NCBI GenBank assembly: GCA_041594735.1
Contig: JBFHLR010000001.1
Coordinates: forward strand, 4,291 to 68,290
Direction: 5' to 3'
Length of the DNA: 64,000 nucleotides
Origin: Marinobacter sp.
GTDB taxonomy: Bacteria; Pseudomonadota; Gammaproteobacteria; Pseudomonadales; Oleiphilaceae
A model generated the notes under the pieces. That model worked only from the letters and a program-made list of their open reading frames with translations, was not told where the DNA came from and did not search any database. Made by a program: the position numbers and the translations under genes. Within the stretch, counting starts at the first letter, position 1, and every line of letters begins with the position of its first letter. This document shows positions 52,279 to 63,052 of this stretch, piece by piece.

Positions 52279-52425
52279 ACGAACGAGACGGTTCGCTCGT
52301 GAAAAATGAGAGGAGCGAATCCGTTGGGAAGTCGGGCAGGGCGCATAAAGCGCCCCCCTCGACCTTCGGAACTGGTTATCCGAAAACCGTGTTGGAAGAC
52401 CTGAATTGTCGCCTGAACTTATGTT

Positions 52426-52719
52426 TCAGGCGTTCACCGCTCGAGGGTGGCGTGTCACATTGGACTCGTCGACAGCCTGTTTGGCCTCACCACTGAGTTC
52501 CCGCTTCGCTGGCTGCTCCACCGGAACAATATTGACTGCGTGGATGCCTTTGTCGCTAGGCTTTTTATCAAAGGTAACCGCCTGGCCAGCTTTGAGGGTT
52601 TTGTACCCCTCCATTTGCACCGATGAAAAATGAGCAAACAGATCGTCGCTGCAGCCATCTTCGATAATGAAGCCGTAGCCCTTGGCGTTATTGAACCACT
52701 TCACTTTGCCTTTAGGCAT
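52426..52719 (-). CDS. cspD: cold-shock domain protein CspD
   Basis: GKVKWFNNAKGYGFI and DLFAHFSSVQMEGYKTLKAGQ; divergent from clpS. Confidence 0.93.
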   Translation of the reverse strand: MPKGKVKWFNNAKGYGFIIEDGCSDDLFAHFSSVQMEGYKTLKAGQAVTFDKKPSDKGIHAVNIVPVEQPAKRELSGEAKQAVDESNVTRHPRAVNA

Positions 52720-53074
52720 TTTGAACTCCCCTGTTCCGTCATTATCAGCATTATTATTGGTATAAAGGCCGTGATCAGGCCTCAACCAAGCCGCTCTCGG
52801 CTTCCCTCCGGTAGCAGGCCAAGATACATCTTCGGCATTCATGTTACAGAAATTACGCTAGGTAACATGAATTAACATAGCAAGGGATACTCTCGACCAA
52901 TATTCGGTCATAGTCAATAGCATTGGTCACTGGAATAGCTGGTTGGAAGGCGCACCGAGACGTTATTATGGTGTTATTGATAACCAGCTCACGCTGTCTT
53001 TGGGGGAAGCCCTTGAAAACAGGGTGAGATGAATCCACTTTCTGAAAAATGGCATCGATTTCCGGTACCGAATC

Positions 53075-53434
53075 ATGCGGACTATCCAAAATTCTCTACT
53101 AGTATTAAATCAAGGGAGCGAAGAAGAGCCTGGGCGTCATGAAGATCTCAGTCTCGCCCCGGAAAAACCGGCCCTCAAGCGCCCGGCGCGCTTTCGGGTG
53201 GTGTTGTTAAACGATGATTACACCCCCATGGACTTCGTGGTGGATGTATTGATGAAGTTCTTTGGAATGAATGAAGAAAAGGCGACCCAGGTGATGCTGC
53301 TCGTCCATACGCAGGGAAAAGCCGTATGCGGGGTATTTACCCGTGACATCGCGGAAACAAAAGCTGCACAGGTGAACCAGTATTCCTCGGAATGCGAGCA
53401 TCCGCTGCTGTGCGAGATTGAACGTGCGGACTGA
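53075..53434 (+). CDS. clpS: ATP-dependent Clp protease adaptor ClpS
   Basis: [27 protein letters not shown]. Confidence 0.97.
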   Translation: MRTIQNSLLVLNQGSEEEPGRHEDLSLAPEKPALKRPARFRVVLLNDDYTPMDFVVDVLMKFFGMNEEKATQVMLLVHTQGKAVCGVFTRDIAETKAAQVNQYSSECEHPLLCEIERAD

Positions 53435-53452
53435 TAGACCTTGGGGTGGCCC

Positions 53453-55726
53453 ATGCTGAGCAAAGATCTTGAAAATACGCTGAATACGGCCTTTAAAAAT
53501 GCCCGCGACAAACGTCATGAATTCATGACGGTGGAGCACCTGCTGCTGGCATTGCTGGATAATGATTCAGCCGTTAGTGTGCTGAAGGCCTGTGGAGCTG
53601 ACCTGCAACAGTTACAGGAAGAGCTGGTTGAATTTGTAGATTCCACGACACCGCTGATCCCCAGTAGTGATAGTGACCGCGAAACGCAGCCGACCCTCGG
53701 GTTCCAGCGCGTGCTGCAGCGGGCGGTGTTTCATGTTCAGTCGTCGGGCAAAAAGGAAGTCACCGGCGCTAATGTCCTGGTCGCGATTTTCAGTGAGCAG
53801 GAAAGCCAGGCCGTTTATGTGCTGAAGAAGCAGAACATTGCCCGGATCGATGTGGTGAATTTCGTCTCCCACGGAATCTCCCGCGTCCAGGGTGCCGACG
53901 ACCAGGAAGGCGGTGCTGACCAGGCATCCCATGAGGAAGGGGCCGAAGACGGTACCTCAAACAAGCCGCTGGAAAGTTATGCGACCAACCTGAACGAGCA
54001 GGCCCGCCAGGGTCGGATCGATCCGCTGATCGGTCGGGAGCATGAGGTTGAGCGGGTGGTCCAGATTCTGGTGCGTCGACGTAAGAACAACCCGCTACTG
54101 GTGGGTGAGGCTGGTGTTGGAAAAACAGCCATTGCCGAAGGTCTGGCTCGCCGCATCGTGGACAGTCAGGTGCCGGAGATCATTAGTGACGCAGTGGTTT
54201 ACTCTCTCGATCTCGGGGCCCTGCTGGCAGGTACCAAGTATCGGGGCGATTTCGAGAAGCGCCTCAAAGGGCTGCTGGCGGAGCTGAAAAAAGAAACTCA
54301 CGCCATTCTCTTCATTGACGAAATTCACACCATTATTGGCGCTGGCTCGGCCTCTGGTGGGGTGATGGATGCCTCCAACCTGTTGAAGCCCATGCTCAGT
54401 TCCGGGCAGATCCGCTGTATTGGTTCGACGACTTTTTCGGAGTTTCGGGGCATTTTCGAGAAGGACAGCGCCCTGGCGCGTCGCTTCCAGAAAATCGACG
54501 TCAATGAGCCGAGCGTTGAGGATACCTATCAGATTCTCAAGGGCTTGAAGCCCCACTTTGAGAAGCACCATGAGCTCAAGTACACCGATGAGGCACTCAG
54601 GGTGGCAGCCGAATTGGCGGATCGCTACATCAGTGATCGCCATTTGCCGGACAAAGCAATCGACGTCATAGATGAGGCTGGAGCACGTCAGCGGCTGCAG
54701 CCGGTCGGCAAGCGCAAGAAAGTGATTGGCGTGTCGGCTATTGAGGACGTGGTCGCGACCATCGCCCGCATACCGCCGAAGAATGTCTCCACCAGTGATA
54801 AAGATCTGCTGCGTAATCTCGAAAGGGACCTGAAAATGGTGGTGTTCGGACAAGACACCGCCATCGAGTCCCTGTCCACCGCCATCAAGCTGGCCCGAGC
54901 CGGCTTGAAAGCGCCGGAAAAACCGGAAGGGGCGTTTCTGTTTGCCGGACCCACCGGGGTGGGTAAGACCGAGGTGACCCGACAGTTGGCCAAGGTATTG
55001 GGCATTGAGCTGGTCCGTTTCGATATGTCTGAATACATGGAGCGGCACACGGTTTCCCGCCTGATTGGTGCGCCTCCGGGCTATGTGGGCTACGACCAGG
55101 GCGGCTTGCTGACCGAGGCCGTCAACAAGCATCCGCACTGCGTACTGCTGCTGGATGAGATCGAGAAAGCGCACCCGGAAGTGTTCAACTTGTTGCTCCA
55201 GGTCATGGATCATGGAACGCTGACCGACAACAACGGCCGTAAGGCCGACTTCCGTCATGTCATCCTGGTGATGACCACCAACGCCGGTGCCGAGAGCATG
55301 GCTCGTCGCTCCATCGGTTTCAGTGAGCAGGACCACAGCACGGATGGCATGGAGATCATCAGTAAGACCTTCACGCCGGAGTTTCGTAACCGCCTCGACA
55401 GCATCATCCAGTTTGGAGATCTGGATAAGGCAACCATCACCCATGTGGTCGACAAATTCCTCACCGAGCTGCAGGCCCAGCTGGATGAGAAGCATGTTGT
55501 GCTTCACGTCGATGACGCGGCCAAGCAGTGGCTGGCGGACAAAGGCTATGACGTAACCATGGGCGCACGTCCGATGGCGAGGCTGATTCAGGACAAGATC
55601 AAGCGCCCCCTGGCGGAGCAGATCCTGTTTGGCGCCTTGTCGGATCGCGGTGGTGAGGTCAACATCCACCTGGATGACGATGATCTGGTGTTCGAATACG
55701 AGAACGAACCCGCAGAAGCTGTATAG
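53453..55726 (+). CDS. clpA: ATP-dependent Clp protease ATP-binding subunit ClpA
   Basis: HEFMTVEHLLLAL, two Walker A motifs (GEAGVGKT, GPTGVGKT), IGF loop. Confidence 0.98.
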   Translation: MLSKDLENTLNTAFKNARDKRHEFMTVEHLLLALLDNDSAVSVLKACGADLQQLQEELVEFVDSTTPLIPSSDSDRETQPTLGFQRVLQRAVFHVQSSGKKEVTGANVLVAIFSEQESQAVYVLKKQNIARIDVVNFVSHGISRVQGADDQEGGADQASHEEGAEDGTSNKPLESYATNLNEQARQGRIDPLIGREHEVERVVQILVRRRKNNPLLVGEAGVGKTAIAEGLARRIVDSQVPEIISDAVVYSLDLGALLAGTKYRGDFEKRLKGLLAELKKETHAILFIDEIHTIIGAGSASGGVMDASNLLKPMLSSGQIRCIGSTTFSEFRGIFEKDSALARRFQKIDVNEPSVEDTYQILKGLKPHFEKHHELKYTDEALRVAAELADRYISDRHLPDKAIDVIDEAGARQRLQPVGKRKKVIGVSAIEDVVATIARIPPKNVSTSDKDLLRNLERDLKMVVFGQDTAIESLSTAIKLARAGLKAPEKPEGAFLFAGPTGVGKTEVTRQLAKVLGIELVRFDMSEYMERHTVSRLIGAPPGYVGYDQGGLLTEAVNKHPHCVLLLDEIEKAHPEVFNLLLQVMDHGTLTDNNGRKADFRHVILVMTTNAGAESMARRSIGFSEQDHSTDGMEIISKTFTPEFRNRLDSIIQFGDLDKATITHVVDKFLTELQAQLDEKHVVLHVDDAAKQWLADKGYDVTMGARPMARLIQDKIKRPLAEQILFGALSDRGGEVNIHLDDDDLVFEYENEPAEAV

Positions 55727-55766
55727 TGCTCGTTTCCGGGGTAGGGCCTGCCCCGGAACTCCCAGT

Positions 55767-55801
55767 AAAAACCACACCGCATTGTTGGTGTGTTTTTTTT
55801 T
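55767..55801 (+). terminator. Rho-independent terminator after clpA
   Basis: CACACC...GGTGTG stem followed by a long T run. Confidence 0.75.
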
Positions 55802-55976
55802 GCAGCAGGTTGGGCCGACAGGCGAAGATTTTGCGTTGCTGCTGTCAATTCCTTTCTGTTGTTTATATGAGATCGTTCATTAATATATCGTAGGATTCCC
55901 TGCACCAGTCGCACTTTGCCGGTTAATCCCGCGTCTAAGTGCATTCCGAACGTCCTCCAACAATAATGATAAGGAG

Positions 55977-57017
55977 ATGAGTCGAATGAAGTTCTCCCTC
56001 GCAGTTCTGCTCGGCATTGCCTTGACTTTCGCCACGCACACCGCCAGCGCTCTGGAGCGCAAGCAATTTTGTGTGTTCGATGTCGGTGGAGCCAGTGGCT
56101 TCGTCTATAAGACCCTGGAAACTTATCGGCGTGAGATTGCCAGCGAAGGCGTCCAGCTCAGCATGCGACCGTTCACCGATGAAGAGGCGGTGATCGCTGA
56201 GTTTAATGAAGGGAACTGTGACCTGATTGCGGTGACCGATATCGGGGTCCGCAATTTCAATGACTTTACCTCGTCCATCAGCGCCATTGGTGCGATTCCC
56301 CGCTATGAAGATCTGAAAGTTCTGATGCATATTCTTGCGAGTCCGAGAGTGGCTGAGCACCTCGAAAACGAGTCGCATCAGATTTTGGGCGTGGTTCCCA
56401 TGGGAGCGGCGTACCTGTTCGTTAATGACCGGGCCCTCGACCACGTCGACGAGATGCGGGGCAAACGGGTGAGCGTCTTTGAGGGCCATCATGATGCCAA
56501 CTTCATGATCAACCATCTTGGTGGCATTGCGGTGCCAGCTAACACCTCCAATTTCTCCCAGATGTTCAATAATGGCGAGGTGGACATCAGCTATGCGCCA
56601 GTCGCAGCTTACGAGGTATTGGAAATGTTTCGCGGCATGGGCGACACGGGAGGTATCGTTCGTTATCCGGTTGGCCAGGTAACAACTCAGTTGGTGGCGC
56701 GAACCGGTGAGTTTGATGAGCGGTTTGTCCGCAAATCACGCCGGATCGTGTCACGGCTCTACTCTGAGGCCATGCGCATCGTCCGGGAATTCGAGGGACG
56801 GGTGCCGGAAGAGCGCTGGGTGGAGATTTCACCGGAAGCGGTACTCGGCTATCAGGAAATGCTGCGTGGGGTACGTGTGGAGCTGAAGGAGTCTTCCGGT
56901 GAAGACGCGGTGCTGGCGGCGGCTGCCTATAATGAGGATATGATGACCATCCTGCGTAAGGTGCGTTGTTACACCAATCCCGGTGGCCAGGAGTGTACCG
57001 CTCAGGATCGGGAATAG
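55977..57017 (+). CDS. putative periplasmic solute-binding protein (DUF6091/AdeT-like, DctP-type fold)
   Basis: Signal peptide; FCVFD..G, TDE.....F..G.CD, P.GAAYLFVNDR, FNNG.VD, LRKVRC......EC. Confidence 0.75.
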   Translation: MSRMKFSLAVLLGIALTFATHTASALERKQFCVFDVGGASGFVYKTLETYRREIASEGVQLSMRPFTDEEAVIAEFNEGNCDLIAVTDIGVRNFNDFTSSISAIGAIPRYEDLKVLMHILASPRVAEHLENESHQILGVVPMGAAYLFVNDRALDHVDEMRGKRVSVFEGHHDANFMINHLGGIAVPANTSNFSQMFNNGEVDISYAPVAAYEVLEMFRGMGDTGGIVRYPVGQVTTQLVARTGEFDERFVRKSRRIVSRLYSEAMRIVREFEGRVPEERWVEISPEAVLGYQEMLRGVRVELKESSGEDAVLAAAAYNEDMMTILRKVRCYTNPGGQECTAQDRE

Positions 57018-57041
57018 CCGATCCTGAGCGTTTAGCCTACT

Positions 57042-57068
57042 AAAAAGCCCCGAGCTTCGGGGCTTTTT
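57042..57068. terminator. bidirectional Rho-independent terminator between the binding-protein gene and infA
   Basis: AAAAAGCCCCGA-gct-TCGGGGCTTTTT. Confidence 0.9.
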
Positions 57069-57082
57069 CAGATGTCAGCGCA

Positions 57083-57301
57083 TTAACGGGCGCGGTAAAC
57101 GATGCGGCCCTTGCTCAGGTCGTAAGGGGTCAGCTCAACTTTGACCTTGTCGCCTGTCAGGATGCGGATGTAGTTTTTGCGCATCTTTCCTGAGATGTGA
57201 GCAGTGACAACGTGACCGTTGCTGAGCTCTACTCGGAACATGGTGTTGGGCAGCGTATCGATAATCACGCCTTCCATTTCAATGACATCTGTCTTCGCCA
57301 T
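57083..57301 (-). CDS. infA: translation initiation factor IF-1
   Basis: [42 protein letters not shown]. Confidence 0.99.
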   Translation of the reverse strand: MAKTDVIEMEGVIIDTLPNTMFRVELSNGHVVTAHISGKMRKNYIRILTGDKVKVELTPYDLSKGRIVYRAR

Positions 57302-57422
57302 TCAGTAAAAACCTCGTTTGGTGGACTTTGCGAAATTTTAAATTGCGCAATTCTGCCTGAATTATAGCCGTTTGGCAAAAGGCCTGATGTCGGAATGGGT
57401 GTTTCCCCGGGGGATACAGGGC

Positions 57423-58136
57423 TTAGGTGGGGTTGAGTTCTTGCCAATGCCCTTCGATCAGCCCCTCGATGGGGCGGAATCGGGTTTTGTAATTCATCTT
57501 GCGGCAGGCCTTGATCCAGTAACCCAGATAGAGATAACTGCCACCGCGGCGGCGGACCTCCTCAATCTGCCAGAGTATGGCAAAGGTGCCCAGGCTGCGC
57601 CTCTCCTCGCCGGGATCAAACACAGTGTATATGGCCGATAGCCCATCTTCCAGGGCATCAACGACGGCGAGACCAACGAGACGGCCCTGTATGCGCATTT
57701 CGAGAAAATGGGTATCGGTAGCGCCTTCCACAAGGAACGAGGTGAACTGCTCCTTAGACGGAGGGTACATATCGCCATCGGCGTGCCGCTGCTGAATATA
57801 GAGTTCGTAGAGTCGGTAGTACTCTTCGGCAAAGCCGGCTGGAACCAGTTCGCAGGTAAGATCTGCGTTGCGGCCAAGTACCCGGCGCTGTCCGCGGTCC
57901 AGCCTGAACAGGTTGGCGTTCAGCCTGACCGGGACGCAGGCGGTGCAGGATTCGCAGTGGGGGCGGTAATAATGGGAGCCGCTGCGCCGAAAACCCAGGG
58001 TGGTCAACTGGCTGTAGAGTCGTTTGTTAATGTCGGCGCGGGGATCCACAAACATGGTGGTGGCTTCGCGATCTGGCAGGTAGCTGCAGTCGTGAGGCGG
58101 CGTAGCAAAGAACGCCAGGGTTTTCAGGTTGGTCAT
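57423..58136 (-). CDS. bpt: arginyltransferase-family aminoacyl-protein transferase (Bpt/Ate)
   Basis: CSYLP, GFRRSG...YRP.C..C.AC, SLGTFAILWQI, YLYLGYWI..CRKM.YK. Confidence 0.92.
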   Translation of the reverse strand: MTNLKTLAFFATPPHDCSYLPDREATTMFVDPRADINKRLYSQLTTLGFRRSGSHYYRPHCESCTACVPVRLNANLFRLDRGQRRVLGRNADLTCELVPAGFAEEYYRLYELYIQQRHADGDMYPPSKEQFTSFLVEGATDTHFLEMRIQGRLVGLAVVDALEDGLSAIYTVFDPGEERRSLGTFAILWQIEEVRRRGGSYLYLGYWIKACRKMNYKTRFRPIEGLIEGHWQELNPT

Positions 58137-58850
58137 TCAAACCTCCGGCCCGGTCCAGCGCCATTGGAAGTTCCAGTCCTGCTGGATTGGTGGTCTGTCC
58201 ACACTTGCTTCCAGTATAGATAAAAACTCGGCTCGTGGAATGCATCGTGCGCCCATCCGCAGTAAGTGGCCGCTTTCAACCTGACAGTCAATGACAGTGT
58301 AGCCCCAGGCGCCGAGCTGACCCGCCAGATGCACCATCAGCGCCTTGGAGGCATTGGTTTCCAGGGAGAACATCGATTCACCAAAGAAGCATCGCCCCAG
58401 GGCAAGGCCATACATGCCGCCCACGAGCTGATCATTCCGGTTCCAGGCCTCAATGGAATGTACGATGCCTTTCTGGTGGAGTCGGGAGTAGGCCTCAACC
58501 ATTTCCTCCGTGATCCAGGTGCCTTCCTGGCGGCTCTCGGCGCACACACGGATAATCTCGGGGAAGGCCTGGTCGGCGGTAATTCGAAAGCGCTGTTGGT
58601 TGAGGGTGCGCCGCAAGCTGCGAGACACGTGAATCTCATCGGGGAACAGCACGCAGCGGGGGTTGGGGGACCACCACAGAATGGGCTGGTCGTCGCTGTA
58701 CCAGGGGAAGATGCCTTGGCGGTAGGCCAGTACCAGGCGATCGGGTGACAAATCTCCGCCCAGCGCCAGTAAACCATCGGGGTCTTCGAGCGCCTGTTCA
58801 GCCGGTGGGAACCAGAGACGGTCGGGGTCGATCCAGGGTAGCGTTGCCAT
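58137..58850 (-). CDS. aat: leucyl/phenylalanyl-tRNA--protein transferase
   Basis: GLLA.GGDL, AY..GIFPW, WWSP.PR, FFGESMFS, IDCQ. Confidence 0.96.
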   Translation of the reverse strand: MATLPWIDPDRLWFPPAEQALEDPDGLLALGGDLSPDRLVLAYRQGIFPWYSDDQPILWWSPNPRCVLFPDEIHVSRSLRRTLNQQRFRITADQAFPEIIRVCAESRQEGTWITEEMVEAYSRLHQKGIVHSIEAWNRNDQLVGGMYGLALGRCFFGESMFSLETNASKALMVHLAGQLGAWGYTVIDCQVESGHLLRMGARCIPRAEFLSILEASVDRPPIQQDWNFQWRWTGPEV

Positions 58851-58918
58851 CCGCTTCTTCGGGCTGGTGAATGAAAGGGGCTGAAGCCTTCAGCCCCTAG
58901 AGACCAGTGTAGCTGTGG

Positions 58919-59887
<969 letters not shown>

Positions 59888-59991
59888 TCAAGTCGGTGTC
59901 TGTAACCTGGGGGCGGCGCCTGGGCGTCGCCCGAAACACGGTATTTCTATCTGGAGGTGGTGAAGCCTATCACGACCAGCGCGGCTTCTCA

Positions 59992-60028
59992 TTTGATTTG
60001 ATCAATGCCGATGATAAATCCTGGCTAT
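59992..60028. promoter_or_regulatory. candidate OxyR site upstream of trxB
   Basis: TTTG-N7-CAAT-N7-ATAA-N7-CTAT versus consensus ATAG-N7-CTAT-N7-ATAG-N7-CTAT (12 of 16). Confidence 0.55.
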
Positions 60029-60051
60029 TCAGACCGGATTATCTGCTTTCT

Positions 60052-60963
60052 CTACTCTATGACCGATACTGAACTGAGCAGCTGCCGAACGCGATCCGTA
60101 CTTTTACTGGACTCACCTTGTTCCAGGCGATGCCCGGCCACGGCTGGAAAGACCGCCTGAATATCGTCCGGGAGCACGTGATGGCGCCCATCCATCAATG
60201 CCCAGGCCTTGGCCGCCCTCACCAGGCCCAGCCCGGCACGAGGCGACAGGCCATAGAGCAAGCCTGGCATGCGCCGGCTCTGCTCCAGCAAGCGCTGAAC
60301 ATAATCCAGTAGCGGTGGGCTGGTGCTGACCCGATCAACGCCATCCTGGAGCGTTGCCAGGGTCTGTTCGGATAACTGCGGCTGCATCTGATCGGTCAAG
60401 GCACGGCGGTCTTCACCCTCCAGCAGTTCCCGCTCGGCCCGGGGGTCGGGGTAACCCAGTTGAAGACGCATCAGGAAACGGTCGAGTTGCGACTCGGGCA
60501 AGGGGAAGGTGCCGCCCTGTTCCACGGGATTCTGGGTGGCAATGACGAAAAAGGGCAGCGGTAGCGGCCGGGTCTCGCCCTCGATCGACACCTGACGTTC
60601 CTCCATGGCCTCCAGCAGCGCGCTTTGGGTGCGGGGGGAGGCCCGGTTGATTTCGTCGGCCAGTACCACCTGGGCAAAGATGGGACCCTGATGAAACACC
60701 AGGGCACCGGCTTGCTTGTCATACATCGAGAATCCAAGAACATCCGCCGGCAGCAGGTCGTTGGTGAACTGGATACGTTGATAGCTCAGCCCCATGACCT
60801 TGGCCAACGCGTGGGACAAGGTGGTTTTGCCCATGCCGGGGATATCCTCGATCAGCAGGTGGCCGCGGGCCAGCAGGCCGCAGAGGGCCAGTCGCACCTG
60901 TTGTTCCTTGCCGAGCAGGATAGTGTTGAGCTGGTCGACGACGCCGTCAATCAGTTTCTTCAT
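60052..60963 (-). CDS. MoxR-family AAA+ ATPase
   Basis: GHLLIED.PG.GKT, RIQFT.DLLP.D, LADEINRA.P.TQSALLEAM, ATQNP, LPESQLDRF. Confidence 0.95.
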   Translation of the reverse strand: MKKLIDGVVDQLNTILLGKEQQVRLALCGLLARGHLLIEDIPGMGKTTLSHALAKVMGLSYQRIQFTNDLLPADVLGFSMYDKQAGALVFHQGPIFAQVVLADEINRASPRTQSALLEAMEERQVSIEGETRPLPLPFFVIATQNPVEQGGTFPLPESQLDRFLMRLQLGYPDPRAERELLEGEDRRALTDQMQPQLSEQTLATLQDGVDRVSTSPPLLDYVQRLLEQSRRMPGLLYGLSPRAGLGLVRAAKAWALMDGRHHVLPDDIQAVFPAVAGHRLEQGESSKSTDRVRQLLSSVSVIE

Positions 60964-60970
60964 TGCCTGG

Positions 60971-61888
60971 TCAGTCCCGTACCCGCTTGAGAATGTCGTC
61001 GTAGGCATCGATGCGGCGATCCCGCAGATAAGGCCAGATTCGACGTACGGCTTCGCTGCGTTGGGTGTCGATGTCAGCGGTGAGCACCGTTTCTTCCTGC
61101 TCGTTGGCGCGAGCGAGGAACTCGCCCTGAGGGCCGCAGACGAAGCTGTTGCCCCAGAAACGGATGCCCTCGCCCTGTCCGCTGGGATCGGGCTCGGTAC
61201 CGACCCGATTTGGTGCGATCACGGGAAGGTTGTTGGCGACCGCGTGTCCGCGCTGGACGGTAACCCAGGCGTCCAGCTGGCGGGCTCGTTCGTCCTCGTG
61301 ATCGGTCATGTCCCAACCGATGGCTGTGGGGTAGATCAGCAGTTCGGCCCCTGCCAGTGCCATGAGTCGGGCCGCTTCCGGATACCACTGATCCCAGCAG
61401 ACCAGTACGCCGAGCCTGCCAACCGACGTCTGGATCGGGGTGAAGCCGCTGGTACCATCGTTACGGGTGGCGTCGCCGGGGGTGAAGTAGAACTTCTCGT
61501 AGAAGCCGGGATCGTCGGGAATGTGCATCTTGCGATACAGGCCGGTAAGGCTGCCGTCCGAATCGAACACTACCGCCGTGTTGTGGTAAACGCCGTTCAT
61601 CCGGCGCTCGAAAATCGAGCCGACCAACACAATGCCCAGCTCCTTGGCCAAGGCCGCCAGTCGATTGCTGGTGGGGCCTGGAATGGGCTCGGCCAGTTCG
61701 AAGATGGCGGTGTCCTCGGTTTGGCAGAAATACAGCGTGGCGTGTAGTTCCTGTAGCACGACCAATTGGGCGCCTGCATTTGCGGCCTGCCGTACCAGCC
61801 GTTCACTGGTGGCCAGGCTTTGCTGTTTGTCGGCGCTGCAGGCCTGCTGCACGGCGGCCACCCGCAATGGCGAAGAAGCAGTGGTCAA
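60971..61888 (-). CDS. aguB: carbon-nitrogen hydrolase, N-carbamoylputrescine amidase-like
   Basis: LQELH...YFCQ, YRKMHIPDDPGFYEKFYF, VCWDQWYPE (Glu-Lys-Cys triad); adjacent to agmatine deiminase. Confidence 0.85.
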   Translation of the reverse strand: MTTASSPLRVAAVQQACSADKQQSLATSERLVRQAANAGAQLVVLQELHATLYFCQTEDTAIFELAEPIPGPTSNRLAALAKELGIVLVGSIFERRMNGVYHNTAVVFDSDGSLTGLYRKMHIPDDPGFYEKFYFTPGDATRNDGTSGFTPIQTSVGRLGVLVCWDQWYPEAARLMALAGAELLIYPTAIGWDMTDHEDERARQLDAWVTVQRGHAVANNLPVIAPNRVGTEPDPSGQGEGIRFWGNSFVCGPQGEFLARANEQEETVLTADIDTQRSEAVRRIWPYLRDRRIDAYDDILKRVRD

Positions 61889-61895
61889 GATCGTG

Positions 61896-62936
61896 TTACT
61901 CCGAGGGAATTTGCATGGTGACGCAGTGCAGGCTGCCGTGTTGCTTGATCAGGGCGCGGCAGTTGATTGGAATGATTTCCCGTTCAGGGAACAGGCCGGC
62001 CAATGTCTCGATGGCCTTGCCATCCTCTGGCACGCCGTAGACAGGCAGCAGGACAGCCCCATTGATAATCAGGAAATTGGCGTAAGTGGCCGGCAACCGC
62101 TCGCCTTCGTCATCGTGGATGGCTTCAGGCCACGGCAATGGCGTGAGCCGGAAAGGCTGGCCATTGTTTTGCTGGAACTGTGCCAGCTCTTGCTCCATGG
62201 CGTTGAGGGCCGGGTAATGCTCATCCGCTGGATCCTGGCAGCGAACGTAGCAGATGCCATCGGGTGCGTAAAAGCGGGCCAGGGTGTCGATGTGGCTGTC
62301 GGTGTCATCGCCTGCCAGATAGCCGTGATTGAGCCACAGCACCCGCTCCGCTCCCAGGTGTTCGCCGAGGGCGGATTCGATCTCGGCCCGGTCCAGGCTG
62401 GGGTTGCGGGTGGGGGTGAGGAGGCATTCACTGGTGGTCAGGATGGTGCCTTCGCCATTGGACTCGATGGAGCCGCCTTCCAGTACCAGGTTAACTGCGC
62501 GCAGGGGGAGCGCGCCGAATCCGCCGGCGTCGGCGAGGCGCTGGTTGAGCTGGTCGTCTTTGGCGTGGGGGAATTTTCCGCCCCAGGCGTTGAAGCTGAA
62601 ATCCAGCAATTCCAGGCCGTGGGCTCCTTTGACGGCGATCGGGCCGTGATCTCGGGCCCAGGTATCGTCAGCCGGTGCCTGAATGGTCGTGAGCCGTCCG
62701 GGCAGTTGCTCTGCCCGGATAACCTGTTGCAACCTGGATTCGACCCGAGCCAGTTGGTCAGTGTCTTCGCAACTGACGAGCAGGTCCTGAAATCCCAGCA
62801 CGCTTCTGGCGATGTCAAAAAACACCGGCTCCACTTCGTCCAGGATGTCGCACCAGTCGGTACCGGCATGAGGCCAGGTGAGCATAACCGCCTGTTGTGG
62901 CGCCCATTCAGCAGGCATTAAAGATGTTGGGCTCAA
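61896..62936 (-). CDS. aguA: agmatine/peptidylarginine deiminase family protein
   Basis: MPAEW, WARDHGP, FNAWGGK, LEGGSIE, DDTDSHID, GSLHCVTMQ; start is TTG 62936 or ATG 62918. Confidence 0.88.
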   Translation of the reverse strand: MSPTSLMPAEWAPQQAVMLTWPHAGTDWCDILDEVEPVFFDIARSVLGFQDLLVSCEDTDQLARVESRLQQVIRAEQLPGRLTTIQAPADDTWARDHGPIAVKGAHGLELLDFSFNAWGGKFPHAKDDQLNQRLADAGGFGALPLRAVNLVLEGGSIESNGEGTILTTSECLLTPTRNPSLDRAEIESALGEHLGAERVLWLNHGYLAGDDTDSHIDTLARFYAPDGICYVRCQDPADEHYPALNAMEQELAQFQQNNGQPFRLTPLPWPEAIHDDEGERLPATYANFLIINGAVLLPVYGVPEDGKAIETLAGLFPEREIIPINCRALIKQHGSLHCVTMQIPSE

Positions 62937-63052
62937 ATCGCAACCACCTTCATTAAGCAGTATTGGAGGGCTCACATTCTAACGACTCCAGAGCCGCTCG
63001 TCAGGAGTTCCGAAGCCGTTTTTTGTTACGCTCGCGGCGGATTTGTAACGAC

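Noticed and set aside
53012-53041. Possible sigma32 promoter before clpS (CTTGAAAA...CCACTTT)
   Set aside because: The -35 is good but the -10 match is poor; too weak to call.
54095-55777. 560 aa antisense ORF over clpA, and similar long ones at 5218-6642, 24791-26122, 26594-27913, 32896-33960 and 61632-62921
   Set aside because: These are shadow frames opposite well-conserved genes. They are expected from GC-rich codon bias and show no motifs or RBS.
53075-58850. clpS-clpA-infA-bpt-aat N-degron cluster as a novel system
   Set aside because: This is a well-described gammaproteobacterial arrangement.
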